Assembly: GCA_964016885.1 (NCBI GenBank)
Contig: OZ024763.1
Span: 12,958,001-13,022,000 of the forward strand
Reading direction: 5' to 3'
Source of the DNA: Eledone cirrhosa
Lineage: Eukaryota
DNA length: 64,000 nt
Shown here: one piece after another, positions 40,191 to 54,020 of the stretch
How the letters are laid out: each line of letters begins with the position of its first letter
Position numbering within the stretch: the stretch's first letter is position 1
Translations under genes and position numbers: made by a program
Notes under the pieces: generated by a model
What the model was told of the DNA's origin: nothing
Database searches by the model: none
The model's input: the letters and a program-made list of their open reading frames with translations, nothing else

Positions 40191-40724
40191 TGGGGAAAGG
40201 AAAACTCTCTATATGGTCTCACGACATGCTTAAAATAATACCCCAAATCACCACAACAAAAACGGTATATAAGATACAGGATGGTCATAGCTGGAGTGTC
40301 TTTCATCACAGGTTTACATAATCAGAGTAGACTTGGTGTTAAATAACACCAAGATCTCCTTCAGAATTACACATCACACAGTCACCCCATTTTGTTACCA
40401 TATTTCTAATGAAAGGTGCTGCCAATGGTTTTTCAAATAATTTCAAAAAATAATCAAGAATTTAGAAGGATTTAACCCTTTAGCATTCACATTACTCTAT
40501 ATATACTATTATATTTTCTATTTTATCGACCCCGTAAGGATGAAAAGCAGAGCTAACCTTCACAGGATTTGAACTCAGACTGTAAAGAGCCGTAACTCTA
40601 TGCCATAAAGCATGGTGTCCAACGCTCTACCGATTCTGCCAATTATTTAGATGAATAGGTTTTTAGATGAATACAAAACCCCTTTAAACCCCTGTATGAT
40701 AAAATCGGGGTTGATTTTCAGGCA

Positions 40725-41510
40725 GGTATGAAAAGGGTTCAGTACAGGGCTGCAACACACCTTAACAAAGGTTCAGTTTGGTATGAAAAGGGTTCAGTAC
40801 GGGGCTGCAACACACCTTAACAAAGGTTCATTTGGGTATGAAAAGGGTTCAGTACGGGGCTGCAACACACCTTAACAAAGGTTCAGTTGGGTATGAAAAG
40901 GGTTCAGTACGGGGCTGCAACACACCTTAACAAAGGTTCAGTTTGGTATGAAAAGGGTTCAGTACGGGGCTGCAACACACCTTAACAAAGGTTCAGTTGG
41001 GTATGAAAAGGGTTCAGTACGGGGCTGCAACACAACTTAACAAAGGTTCAGTTTGGTATGAAAAGGGTTCAGTACGGGGCTGCAACACAACTTAACAAAG
41101 GTTCAGTTTGGTCTGAAAAGGGTTCAGTACGGGGCTGCAACACAACTTAACAAAGGTTCAGTTGGGTATGAAAAGGGTTCAGTACGGGGCTGCAACACAA
41201 CTTAACAAAGGTTCAGTTGGGTATGAAAAGGGTTCAGTACGGGGCTGCAACACAACTTAAAGGTTCAGTTTGGTATGAAAAGGGTTCAGTACGGGGCTGC
41301 AACACAACTTAACAAAGGTTCAGTTGGGTATGAAAAGGGTTCAGTACGGGGCTGCAACACAACTTAACAAAGGTTCAGTTGGGTATGAAAAGGGTTCAGT
41401 ACGGGGCTGCAACACAACTTAACAAAGGTTCAGTTGGGTATGAAAAGGGTTCAATACGGGGCTGCAACACAACTTAACAAAGGTTCAATTGGGTATGAAA
41501 AGGGTTCAGT
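40725..41510. repeat. 55-bp minisatellite, ~14 copies
   Basis: Unit ggtatgaaaagggttcagtacggggctgcaacacaacttaacaaaggttcagtt(g/t). Confidence 0.97.
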
Positions 41511-41769
41511 ATAGAAAGAATATGGAAGACATTGTAATCCATCATAATCTTAAAAAGACAGGATTGTATGGTCATGGTTGGATTGTCTTTGATCAGGGGG
41601 CCTATGTAATCTGAGCAGACCTGGGGTTAACAACAGCAACATCAAGTACATGTTACACCATTGACAGTTGCTGTTGTTGTTGTTGTTGTGTGTTATGTGT
41701 TATCGGGATTTTGTAATGCAATAACTGGCACACACACATACACATATATACATACATATATATATATAT

Positions 41770-41800
<31 letters not shown>

Positions 41801-43085
41801 TATATATACATACATACACACATACATTCATACATACATGCACATACACATATATACATACATACATATACACATATATACACACACATACACATACATA
41901 CACACACACATACATACATACACACACATATATACATACATACACATATATACATACATACACACACACATATATATACATACATACACACATACATTCA
42001 TACATACATGCACATACACATATACATATATACATATACACACACACATACACACACATACATACATACACACATATATACATACATACACATATATACA
42101 TACATACACATATATACATACATACACACACATACATATATATACATACATACATACATACACACATACATATACACATACACATATACACAAGCACACA
42201 CTCACATACACACATCCATACAGGCACACACACACACACAAACACATACATACATACATACACAAACACACACATCTATACAGGCACACACATATATACA
42301 GGCACACACTCACACACATATATACAGGCACACACTCACACACATATATACAGCCACACACTCACACATACAAACATATATACAAGCACACACATCTATA
42401 TAGGCACCCATTCACACACACACATCTATACAGGCACACACTAACACACATATATACAGGCACACACACACAAACATATATACAGGCATATACATATCTG
42501 TATATACACAAACACACATATCTATACATATACACATACACATGTATACAAACATATGCATACAAACACACACATGCACACACAAACAGATACTTGCACT
42601 TACACATTTATACATGAATGTATATACATACACACACTTAAACATCTATACATGCATACATACACACATACATATGTATACACACATACACACACATGCA
42701 TATACACACATATACATGCTATCATGCATACATACACATATAAACACACTTTCACACAAGCGCATACACATTTATACATGCATGGATAATCATACACACA
42801 CATGTGCATATGCATACATGCATATATATATATATATATGCATACATACACATGTATACATGCATACATACACATACACACACATGTATACACGCATGCA
42901 TACATATACACACTTGCACATACACACATACATATATATATATACATGCATACATACACATACATACGTATACATACATACACACGTATATATGCATACA
43001 CATTTGCCCATATTCACTCTAACACAAACACAGACACACACATACATACATATATACATATACATGCATACACATACACATGTAT

Positions 43086-43117
<32 letters not shown>

Positions 43118-44360
43118 GCATACACATTTGCACATATTCACTCACACACAAACACACATACATATATATACATGCATACATATACATACATACATATATA
43201 TATGCATACACATTTGCACATATTCACTCACACACACACATACATACATGCATACATACACATACACATGCATACGTATACATACATACACACATATATG
43301 CATATATATATGCATACACATTTGCACATATTCACTCACACACATACATATATATATATATATATACATGCATACATACACATACACATGCATACATATA
43401 CATACATACACACATATATGCATACACATATTCACTCTCACACAAACACACACACATACACATATATATATACATACACATATATATACATATATACATA
43501 TATATATACACCCTCTTTCTCACTAGTGTATATAGTGAGTATGTAATCAGACACCTGTAACAAGATCCCTGAATATATACAAATATTTAGATAAACAAAC
43601 ACAGTAGGAGGGGATGGCCATATATGGAAACTGAACCTTTACAAAAAATTTCTCATCTCTCATATGACTTCAACATACCCACCCCACGTATACTTTGAAT
43701 TGACAGGGTACATCTTAAACAAGGAGAGATATAGGGAGTGTGGGGTGGGGTTTTTTGTAAGGGATAGGGGCTGCTATCCCCCCCGCCCCCCTCACAGCAC
43801 ATGTCTCCCTTAACATCCTGTACCACATGAAACCACATTAGCAACGCATCCACCACAATCTGTCCACTAGTAAAGATACTATAAAGATAATATAGTTAAT
43901 TGGTTAATTGATCTAACAAAATACACCCCGTCCCACTACCCCCACCCCATCCACACCACCCCCTTAAAGGTGAAGTTATGTTGGTACCACAACATCCAGT
44001 CCGAAACAAATGAGGTCGTGTAGGTGTCACGACAAAAAACACACAGTCCACGCTGTAATGTGGCCGTGTAGGTAACACGGTAAAAACCTCCCAGTCCACA
44101 CTGTAAACATGGTTGGTGTTAGGAAGGGCATCCAGCCGTAGAAAACCCGCCAGACAGTCCTGAGCAAGACAACCAATCTTGCCTCAAGTGTGACAATTCC
44201 CGTCCAGAAGCATGCTAGCATGGAAAATGGACGTTAAACGATGATGATGATGATGATGATGATGATGTACATATAAATTTCTTGTGTGTATATGTATAAG
44301 TATATATGTGTGCATATATATATATATATATAATAAATGTAATCTGAGTTTTTCAAATAT

Positions 44361-44554
44361 TAATAATTGTTTCTACTTTTGGCACAAGGCCAGCAATTAC
44401 CCCAGTACATTACTGGTACTTTATTTTATCGACCCCCGTAAGGATGAAAGGCAAAGTTAACCTCGACGGGATTTGAACTCAGATCGTAAAGGGACGTAAC
44501 TGTGCTGGAAAGCATGGCGTCTGACCCTCTACCGATACTGCCAATTCACCGCCC
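44361..44554 (-). mobile_element. SINE family B full copy with probable TSD
   Basis: ttcaaatat at 44352-44360 and 44555-44563. Confidence 0.88.
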
Positions 44555-44567
44555 TTCAAATATAAAA

Positions 44568-44736
44568 TAATAACATTGGATTCATTTGCAATTATGCAAA
44601 CAAGCCTCAATTTTATAGCCATGTCAGTAGAATGTACGCATGCCAACATAAGAGCAAGAATGAAGGGTTCATTCTACTGACATGGCTATAAAATTGAGGC
44701 TTGTTTGCATAATTGCAAACGAACCGAATGTTATTA
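44568..44736. repeat. Long inverted repeat (fold-back)
   Basis: ~67-bp arms 44568-44634 / 44670-44736. Confidence 0.85.
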
Positions 44737-45333
44737 TCAATATTCAAAAAACACAGATTACATTTATTGTATTCAGCCATGTAGAGCGAAATTTTTCTTT
44801 TATATATATGTATATATACACACACACATATATATATCTAGTTCAAGAAAACGACAAACAGAGGTACAAAAAGTCTTATTAGTTTCATGCTTTATATGGA
44901 AAAGGGGAAAGAAAGTTTGACATGTTGGGCATTAGCCCTTCTTCAGGAGTACAAAAATAGAGAGGATCACAACAAAGGATGGCTGGAATAGGTAAAAGAG
45001 TAAAAGAGAGTAAACTAGACAAACTATTAGGTAGTCTTGGTAACGTTTCATCAACTTTATACACACACACACACACATATATAATATATATATATATATA
45101 TATATAACATGGTCGGCTGTACAATAGGGTTTATTTTAAATATTAACAATTGTTTCATATATATATATATACATCCACGCACGCACATACATATATATAT
45201 ATATACACATACATATATATGCACACATCCATGCATACACATATATATATACACATCCATGCACACACATATCTATATATATATATATATACACACATCC
45301 ATGCACACACACACATATAAACACACATCCATG

Positions 45334-45384
<51 letters not shown>

Positions 45385-46039
45385 CCATGCACAGATACAC
45401 ATCTATATACACATATCCATACACACACACATGTACATCCATGTACATACATACACATATATATACACATCCGTGCATGCACACATATATATATATACAC
45501 ATCCATGCATGCACACACATATATATATATATATACACACATCCATACACACACACACATATATATATATATACACACATCCATACACACACACACAACT
45601 ACACACAAACAATGCATATAAGTTTATATATATATATATCTACATCAAATGATAAAAACAGCTGCTGCCTCTTTACAAGTATGTCATTATAATGTCTTAG
45701 TCGTCGTTTTCTAATCAGTAATTTAATTATGGCCGACAGGGCTCATCTTAAAGAGGGTAGGTGCAGGTAGGGGCTGGATGGAGTTCTTGACCCCACTTCC
45801 CACTCCAACCCCACACACTGCACCCCAGCCCCACCAAAGCTGACATTTACCAACCCTACCATACAACCATTACAAAAGCAATATGTTACATTACAGGGCA
45901 TTATTGAACAATAGGTCGATAAAATAAAGTACCAGTAATGCACTGGGTAATTGCTGGCCTTGTGCCTAAAGTAGAAACAATTATTGTACAATAGAGGTCC
46001 CCTTGATTTAGTTTCAATTTATTAAATACCTTTACTATT

Positions 46040-46300
46040 TAACGCCTGGGCTGGTTTGGGCACGCTTTGAGACTTCCCCCCGGAGAGACTGGCGAACCAA
46101 GTACTTAAATGGAACCCACAGGGAAGCAGACGGAGAGGGTGACCCAAAATGAACTGGCGCCAGACAGTTGAGAGGGACCTGCGAGCGACAAACAGACAAT
46201 GGCGGGACGCTGTGCAACTGGCTGCTGACCGAACGCGGTGGAACACTATGATTGCCTCATGCGTCGCAAGACGCGGGAGCTTCTGAGTCTGAGTCTGAGT
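46040..46300 (+). mobile_element. RTE LINE 3' fragment
   Basis: LKWNPQGSRRRG*PKMNWRQTVERDL...AADRTRWNTMIASCVARRGSF*, with (ctgagt)n tail. Confidence 0.8.
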
Positions 46301-46462
46301 ATTTAACCCTTTAGCATTTACATTACTCAATGATTGCTATTGTATTTTCACAGTAAAGGCTTTATCTTACAGAATTCCCTCACACAATATCGAATCTATG
46401 AGATTTTGATATTATTTATTTTGAGAACAATACCTTAACATCAGTATGAGCGGCCGGCCAGT

Positions 46463-46775
46463 TACAGCTGTGATCTTTTAATTTGAAGAAGTAACGGTTC
46501 TACCTGGAGTGACACTCTGATCTCCGAGCTAACATTACTCCAAAGACCCTTCAGAGGAATCCCATTTTGGCCACTTGTATTCACAATTGTATACTTTCAG
46601 TCATTACCCAAGATTCATGACCAGAGGTAAGGGTTGGCATGGATACCGAATTGAAGATAGTGAGTTTGGCTTTTACACCTGCATCACTTCTTCTGATTAC
46701 TGAATGCTGAATCTGGCGCATTACTGCACCATCTCCTGCAATTCTTGCACTGAATCAGCCTCCTGCCTTCCATCA
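46463..46775 (-). mobile_element. Degenerate RTE LINE internal fragment
   Basis: Minus strand: KAKLTIFNSVSMPTLTSGHESWVMT...EPLLLQIKRSQL with stops. Confidence 0.7.
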
Positions 46776-46979
46776 TAAATTAATTAATTAAATTAATCTA
46801 GGTTGAGTTGTATATTTCGAGGCTCTTGTGAGCTATTTATAGCTTCCCTCCTGACCTCTAGTATTTTAACACCGTACCAAAATTTTTTTTATAACCATAC
46901 TCTACTACCCCAAGTATTGAGTACTTTGTTGAATAATAGTTTAACAGTTTCAAACTAAATCCATCCTGATAAATATATA

Positions 46980-47033
<54 letters not shown>

Positions 47034-47301
47034 GTATATATGTATATATATATATATATAACTGAATCAGTATGTAATATGTAAGTATGAAAAATGTAAA
47101 AACAGAAAAATAATAATAAGAAGAAGGCGAAGAAGAAGAAGGCAAAGAAGAAGAAGGCAAAGAAGAAGAAGGCAAAGAAGAAGGAGAAGAAGAAGAAGAA
47201 GAAGAAGAAGAAGAAGAAGAAGAAGAAGAAGAAGAAGAAGAAAAACAACAACAACAACAACAATAATAATAAATAAATAAATAACAAGTCTCCAAACTTA
47301 C

Positions 47302-47367
47302 CTGCTGGGCCACCGATTGTCTTTGTAACTGTCTGTGTCTTTTTAATGACTGTGGTTTTGGTGCCAT
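47302..47367 (-). CDS. Likely 66-nt symmetric coding exon (phase 1 to 1) of an unidentified gene
   Basis: ttccattcttcag|(D)GTKTTVIKKTQTVTKTIGGPA|CAG gtaagt; consensus splice sites, length divisible by 3, natural-looking peptide. Confidence 0.7.
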
Positions 47368-48145
47368 CTGAAGAATGGAACACCTCAAAGAATTAGACAT
47401 GGAACCAGAAATAAAAGTATGGCTAGTAACAGCAACAACTAGAATATTTCTTTATAAAACAGACAAAAAAATATTACATTTTTCTAGTTTTATTAGAAAC
47501 CTTTTATAACAATTCAATTACTGAATTTTTATAGAGTTTGACTGACAAGACTCCAGACCCATTCACTTACTGAGTGGAGTAGTACTTGTCAAATCGGACC
47601 AAGGGAACAATGTTTCCATTGGTCTTTCAATTACTGAATTGTTAAAAACCATTAAATCTCTAAAAATTGCTGAATTGATAAAAGTGTGAAACTCTTTATG
47701 AAACTGTTACATCGTTAAAATTTATTAAAGCTGTTGTCAAACATTACTAAACTGTGAAAATTGATAAACCATTAAAAGTCATTACAGTTAAAAATTACTG
47801 AACCATTAAAATTACGAAATTGTTGAAAGTTTTTACACAATTAAAAATGATCTGATCATTAAAATTAAAAGTTCCTATACCATTGAAAATGATTAAATCG
47901 TAAAAAAAATTGACACACCATTAAAATTATCAACAGATCATTAAAAGTTACACCATTAAAAATGACTGATTTGAAAAAAAAAATTAAATCAAAATTAAAA
48001 AAATTCTCTTATATTATTCAATGTTTATTAGTAATTAAAACAAGGAAAAATTTAAAATAGCAAGGTAAAAAAAATTAAAAGTTATTAAAGATGTAAATTT
48101 ATGAGGGTCATATTAAGCAGAGTTTGGAAAAACAAAGGTAATAGT

Positions 48146-48282
48146 TCATATGAAGCAGAGGTCATATGAAACAGAGGTCATATTAAATAGGGGTCATTTG
48201 AAGCAGAGGTCTTATGAAATAGAGGTCGAATTAAGCAGAGGTGATATTAAGCAGAGGTCATATTAAGCAGAGGTCATATTAA
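48146..48282. repeat. 16-bp tandem repeat containing AGGTCA
   Basis: Unit gcagaggtcatattaa, ~8 copies. Confidence 0.85.
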
Positions 48283-48584
48283 CTATTTACCAAACACGTA
48301 ACTCAAACTGAAACACACATATACACATGCCACACACACATCAAAAAATAAAAATGTTCAGATGGTTCCCCAGCATGAACATTGTCCAATGGAAGCCATT
48401 GTCCAATGAAAGAAACTACTAAAAAGAAGGGAATATGCTTCTTTATGTATTTAGCTCCCTACCCCCAGGAGATAGGCAGAAAAGTTCTCATAAAGTTACA
48501 TAAGAAAAACGGGTTCAAAAGTCTGGTTAAAAAATGATTACCCCAAATTACAAAAGTAAAAGGTTTATGAGGGAAAAAAGTGGG

Positions 48585-49060
48585 GAGTTGATCATCAGAT
48601 CAGACCAAGGAAACAATGTTTCCATTGGTCTTTCCATTAGTGATACTATCTGTCTGTCACATCTCCTGGCAGAAGAAAGGAGCTGATCATCAGATAAGAC
48701 CAAGGAAACAATGTTTCTATTGGTCTTTTCATTGCTGATACTATCTGTTGGTCACAACTCCTGGCAGAAGAAAGGAGCTGATCATCAGATCAGACCAAGG
48801 AAACAATGTTTCCATTGGTCTTTCCATTGCTGATACTGTCTGTTGGTCACAACTCCTGACAGAAGAAAGGAACTGATCATCAGACCAGACCAAGGAAACA
48901 ATGTTTCTATTGGTCTTTCCATTGTTGATACTGTCTGTTGGTCACATCTCCTGGCAGAAGAAAGGAGCTGATCATCAGATCAGACCAAGGAAACAATGTT
49001 TCCATTGGTCTTTCCATTGCTGATACTGTCTGTTGGTCACAGCGACTGGCAGAAGAAAGC
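48585..49060. repeat. 95-bp structured minisatellite (5 copies)
   Basis: Unit agctgatcatcagatcagaccaaggaaacaatgtttccattggtctttccattgctgatactgtctgttggtcacaactcctggcagaagaaagg. Confidence 0.95.
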
Positions 49061-49757
49061 ATGATTTGAACTCAGAACTCACAGAGCTGGGTGAGATAGT
49101 GCAAAACATTTCAACTGATTCTTTAACAATTCTGCAAGTATGTGTGTGTGTCAGTGTGTGTGCATGAGTGTGTGTAAGTGCATGTGTGTGTGTAAGTGCA
49201 TGTGTGTGTGTGTGTATGTGAGTGTGTAAGAGCATGTGTGTGTGTGTGAGTATGTGTATATTTAAGTGTATGTGTGTGAGTGTGAGTATGTATGTGTTCA
49301 CAAATGTAAGTATCTTTCTAGCAAAATTAAATAGATATCTGAGGCGGTGGGGTGCGGTGAGCTGAGCTAAAGTGGGGGTGGTGTAGTGTGGGAGTAGGTG
49401 GTGCAGAGTGGGGGTAGGTGGTGTAAAAAGATGCTCAGAATTCTTTAGTGTTACTTCAGTTTCTTAATTAAGATTTTCACCAAAAACACTATACAGGTAG
49501 AAGATAGTCATAGATTCCATGGGTGGGAGTGGACGGTGTGGTGATATATGTAAAAGGTTTGTTAAAGGTCAAATTATGCATAAATCAAATAAAATAAAAT
49601 AATAAGATAAAAAAAAAAATTGTTTCTACTTTTGGCACAAGGCCAGCAATTACCCCAGTGTATTACTGGTACTTTATTTAAGGATGAAAGGCAAAGTTAA
49701 CCTTGGCGGGATTTGAACTCAGATCATAAATGGCTGTAAGATAAAAAAATTATGTAT

Positions 49758-50142
49758 GTTTGTGTGGTTAAAGAGTTTGTATTGTGATCCTGTGGTTTTG
49801 AGTTCAGTTCTATTGTGTGGCACCTGGGAAAAGGGTCTGCTATTATATAAGCCTTGTGAATGAAATCAGTAAAAGAATAAAAGAATGTGGTGCCCCAGCA
49901 TGGCCACAGTCTAATGTAATGACTGAGACCAATAAAAGAATGCAGTGCCACAGCATGGCCACAGACTAGTGACTGAAACCAGTAAAAAAATAAAGGAATG
50001 TGGGGCCCCAGCATGGCCACAGTCTAGTGACTGAAACCAGTAAAAAAATAAAGGAATGTGGTGCCCCAGCATGGCCACAGTCTATTGACTGAAGCCAGTA
50101 AAAGAATATAAGAATGTAGTGCCCTAGCATGGCCACAGTCCA
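49758..50142 (+). mobile_element. Degenerate SINE with tandemly amplified 3' tail
   Basis: tgtgtggttaaagag...gagttcagttc head, then 5 copies of gtggtgccccagcatggccacagtctagtgactgaaaccagtaaaa. Confidence 0.65.
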
Positions 50143-50269
50143 TGGAATGGAACATGTAAAAAGGGGGAAATAACCGAAATATCAACCAAAACAAGCAACA
50201 AAAGACATGCAGTATAAAGGTTGAACATATATCAATATTGCAGGAGAACAGTGCAGTAGGTGGTGCAGG

Positions 50270-51355
50270 AATAACTGCAACAAGAAGTGTTAACAACAAC
50301 AACAATAACTGCAACAGCAACAATAACAACAACTGCAGCAGCAACAACAAGTGGTAACAACATCATCAGCTGCAGCAGCAACAAGTGATAACAACAACAG
50401 CTGCAGCAGCAACAAGTGATAACAACAACAACAACAACAACAAAAGCTGCAGCAGCAACAAGTGATAACAATAACAACAACAACAACAGCTGCAGCAGCA
50501 ACAAGTGATAACAATAACAACAACAAGTGGTAACAACAACAACTGCAGCAACAGCAGTGACAAGTGACAACAACAACAACAACAACTGCAGCAACAGCAA
50601 TAAACATTAACAGCAACAACTGCAGCAGCAGTAACAACAACAACAGCAAACTTAAACAGTTGCAACAACAACAACTGCAGCAGCAGTAACAACAACAGCA
50701 GCAAACTTAAACAGTTGCAACAGCAACAACTGCAGCAGCAGTAACAACAACAACAGCAAACTTACACAGTTGCAACAACAACTGCAGCAGCAGTAACAAC
50801 AACAACAGCAAACTTAAACAGTTGCAACAACAACTGCAGCAGCAGTAACAACAACAACAGCAAACTTAAACAGTTGCAACAACAACAACTGCAGCAGCAG
50901 TAACAACAACAACAGCAAACTTAAACAGTTGCAACAACAACAACTGCAGCAGCAGTAACAACAACAACAGCAAACTTAAACAGTTGCAACAACAACAACT
51001 GCAGCAGCAGTAACAACAACAACAGCAAACGTAAACAGTTGCAACAACAACTGCAGCAGCAGTAACAACAACAACAGCAGCACACTTAAACAGTTGAAAC
51101 AACAACAACTGCAGCAGCAGTAACAACAACAACAGCAAACTTAAACAGTTGCAACAACAACAACTGCAAACTTAAACAGTTGCAACAACAACAACTGCAG
51201 CAGCAGTAACAACAACAACAGCAAACTTAAACAGTTGCAACAACAACTGCAGCAGCAGCAACTGTCACAACAATGAGAACAACCAAAAACACAACAATAA
51301 AGGCAACAGCAACAACAACAACCACAACAACAGCAATAAAGGTAACAACAACAAG
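50270..51355. repeat. (CAA/CAG)-derived minisatellite
   Basis: Units aactgcagcagcagtaacaacaacaacagcaaacttaaacagttgcaac. Confidence 0.9.
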
Positions 51356-51360
51356 CATGT

Positions 51361-51409
<49 letters not shown>

Positions 51410-52104
51410 GAAGAGCTGAAAGGAAAATAAATGAAGATGATAATGGTTTTGTCTGTGAAGAGAATTATAAAAATAATGGTTTCAATGGGGACTGGCGTGG
51501 AAGGAAGGATTTCATGGGAGAATACAGTGTTAATAGACTTGTCATTGTCAGAAGAAAGAAGAAAGTTCTGGAAAGATCCTGGTATGATCCTGTATGGAAA
51601 TATATTCAAAGAACATTTAATACAACAACTTTAACTCTTTTGTGACAGTATTTCTAATGAAAGACTCTCTATTTCAATTAATTAACAAAGACTTTTGAGG
51701 GATTTACTAAAATTATTAATTATTTCATTACTAAATTCTTACATATGTTGGAAAATTTCAAGTTAAATAGGAACCCTGTATTTCAATTATTTCAAAGAAT
51801 TTTGAGGGATTTACTACAATTATTTAATTAGTAACTTAACAAATGGTTCTTATATATATATAATTATGTTGGAAGATTTTAATTTAAATAAGATCATTGT
51901 ATTTAAAAGGTTAATGAAATATTTTGAGGAATTTACTGAAGTTATTAATTATTTTATTATTACGATAGGAACTAAGATACGGTGGTTCTTATATGTTTAT
52001 AATTATGTTGGAAGATTTTCAGTTAAATAAGAACTCTTTAAAATGGATGGTTTTGTTTCATAGAACCAGAGATGGTTTGGAGGTGGGTTGGTATCAAAAC
52101 AGTT

Positions 52105-52815
52105 AATTTTGAGGGATTTACTAAAATTATTAACTATTTCATTTCTAGGATTGTAACTTAACAAATGGTTTATTTATTTAATTGTATTGGATAATTTAAA
52201 TTTAAATAGGAACTCTGTATTTCAATTAATTAATGAAGAATTTTGAGGGATTTACTAAAATTATTAACTATTTCATTTCTAGGATTGTAGCTTAACAAAT
52301 GGTTTCTTGGTTTAATTGTATTGGATAATTTAAATTTAAATAGGAACTCTGTATTTCAATTAATTAATGAAGAATTTTGAGGGATTTACTAAAATTATTA
52401 ACTATTTCATTTCTAGGATTGTAGCTTAACAAATGGTTTCTTGGTTTAATTGTATTGGATAATTTAAATTTAAATAGGAACTCTGTATTTCAATTAATTA
52501 ATGAAGAATTTTGAGGGATTTACTAAAATTATTAACTATTTCATTTCTAGGATTGTAGCTTAACAAATGGTTTCTTGGTTTAATTGTATTGGATAATTTA
52601 AATTTAAATAGGAACTCTGTATTTCAATTAATTAATGAAGAATTTTGAGGGATTTACTAAAATTATTAACTATTTCATTTCTAGGATTGTAGCTTAACAA
52701 ATGGTTTCTTGGTTTAATTGTATTGGATAATTTAAATTTAAATAGGAACTCTGTATTTCAATTAATTAATGAAGAATTTTGAGGGATTTACTAAAATTAT
52801 TAACTATTCCATTAC
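52105..52815. repeat. 134-bp tandem repeat derived from a piggyBac-like element
   Basis: ttttgagggatttactaaaattattaac... recurs with 134-bp period. Confidence 0.9.
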
Positions 52816-53355
52816 TAAATTCCTACATATGTTGGAACATTTTAAGTTAAATAGGAACCCTGTATTTCAATTATTTCAAAGAATTTTGAGGGATTTACTA
52901 AATTTATTAATTATTTCATTACTAAGATAATAACTAATTATGTTGGAAGATTTTAATTTAAATAGGAACCCTTTAAAATGCGTAGTTTTATTTCATAGAA
53001 CCAGAGTTGGCTTTGGCCATGCTGTGGTCCTTTTTAAGGTAATGTTTTACAGGCAGATGCCCTTTCTGAAACTAACCCTTATAGTCACCTCTTATGACAG
53101 GGATACGGTGTACCTATTATAAACTGGATACACACAGCGTATGTATGTATGTATTTATCTATCTCTATATATATATACAAACAAGCATGTGTATGTGAAA
53201 CATTTCGAGTCATTTCGAAGTAATTTCTATATAAAATAAAGTAAAGATGCCTACACTCTACCAACGTATTGAGTACGTTTTTTTAACTGTGGTCACCTCC
53301 ATTGAAAATCCACCTATATATGTATGTATGTATATATATATATATATATATATAT

Positions 53356-53488
53356 AGTTTTAATATAGATGAGATTCTACAGGACTAGAACTGTTTCATT
53401 CTTTAGAAATCATCAGGAATCCTATTCCTGATGATTTCTAAAGAATGAAACAGTTCTCGTCCTGTAGAATCTCATCTATATTAAAACT
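53356..53488. mobile_element. Near-perfect 65-bp palindrome with hammerhead cores (Penelope pLTR-like)
   Basis: Arms 53356-53420 / 53424-53488 with one mismatch; CUGAUGA-UUUC-UAAA-GAAU-GAAAC-...GUC on both strands. Confidence 0.7.
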
Positions 53489-54020
53489 TTTATACTCTGC
53501 AATGTATTGAGTACCTTACTTACTGTGGTTACCTCCGATTCAACCCGGAATAACGCATATATATATATATATATATGTATGCATATATACACACACATTA
53601 TAACAACAAAACCTACCCCACCATCACACACACTACTGTCACCACCACCATCATGATCAAACACCCCACCATCATCACCCACCATTCTCCACCTACCACC
53701 CACCACCCACCACCTACGGCTAACCTCAAATATTTATCTGAAGAATTCTCTCTCTTCATCAGAATCCTTCACCTAAATTCTTTCTCCGCCACCCCCTCCG
53801 TTCCTATTTCTGTCTCTGCCATTCCTGGAGAGAATAGCTTCCTGACTTTCGCTGTCTGTTAAACTGTGAGTGTGTATATGTGTGTGTAATTATGTAGGTG
53901 AATAGTTGTGAGTGTGTTACACACAGTGTGCAGCATGTTCCTACAGGGTTGGCACTATCATTCCAACCAAGTAGGCAGCTGTCTAAGACACAGACCTCAT
54001 GACGGGAGCAATACTGAACT

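Noticed and set aside
44919-44946. Minus-strand CUGAAGA-AGGGC-UAAU-GCCC-AACAUGUC as an active ribozyme
   Set aside because: GA of GAAA is missing and stem I is absent; counted only as a relic
47302-47367. Assigning a gene name (band 4.1, p120-catenin or ankyrin-like TV-rich motif)
   Set aside because: Resemblance is only compositional over 22 aa; needs a database search
51400-51590. Minus-strand acceptor ttccatacag with possible terminal exon
   Set aside because: No donor, no recognisable peptide, and the frame is ambiguous
53713-53855. Purine-rich minus-strand exon-like island
   Set aside because: Stops in all three frames before the gttagc donor; not supportable as CDS
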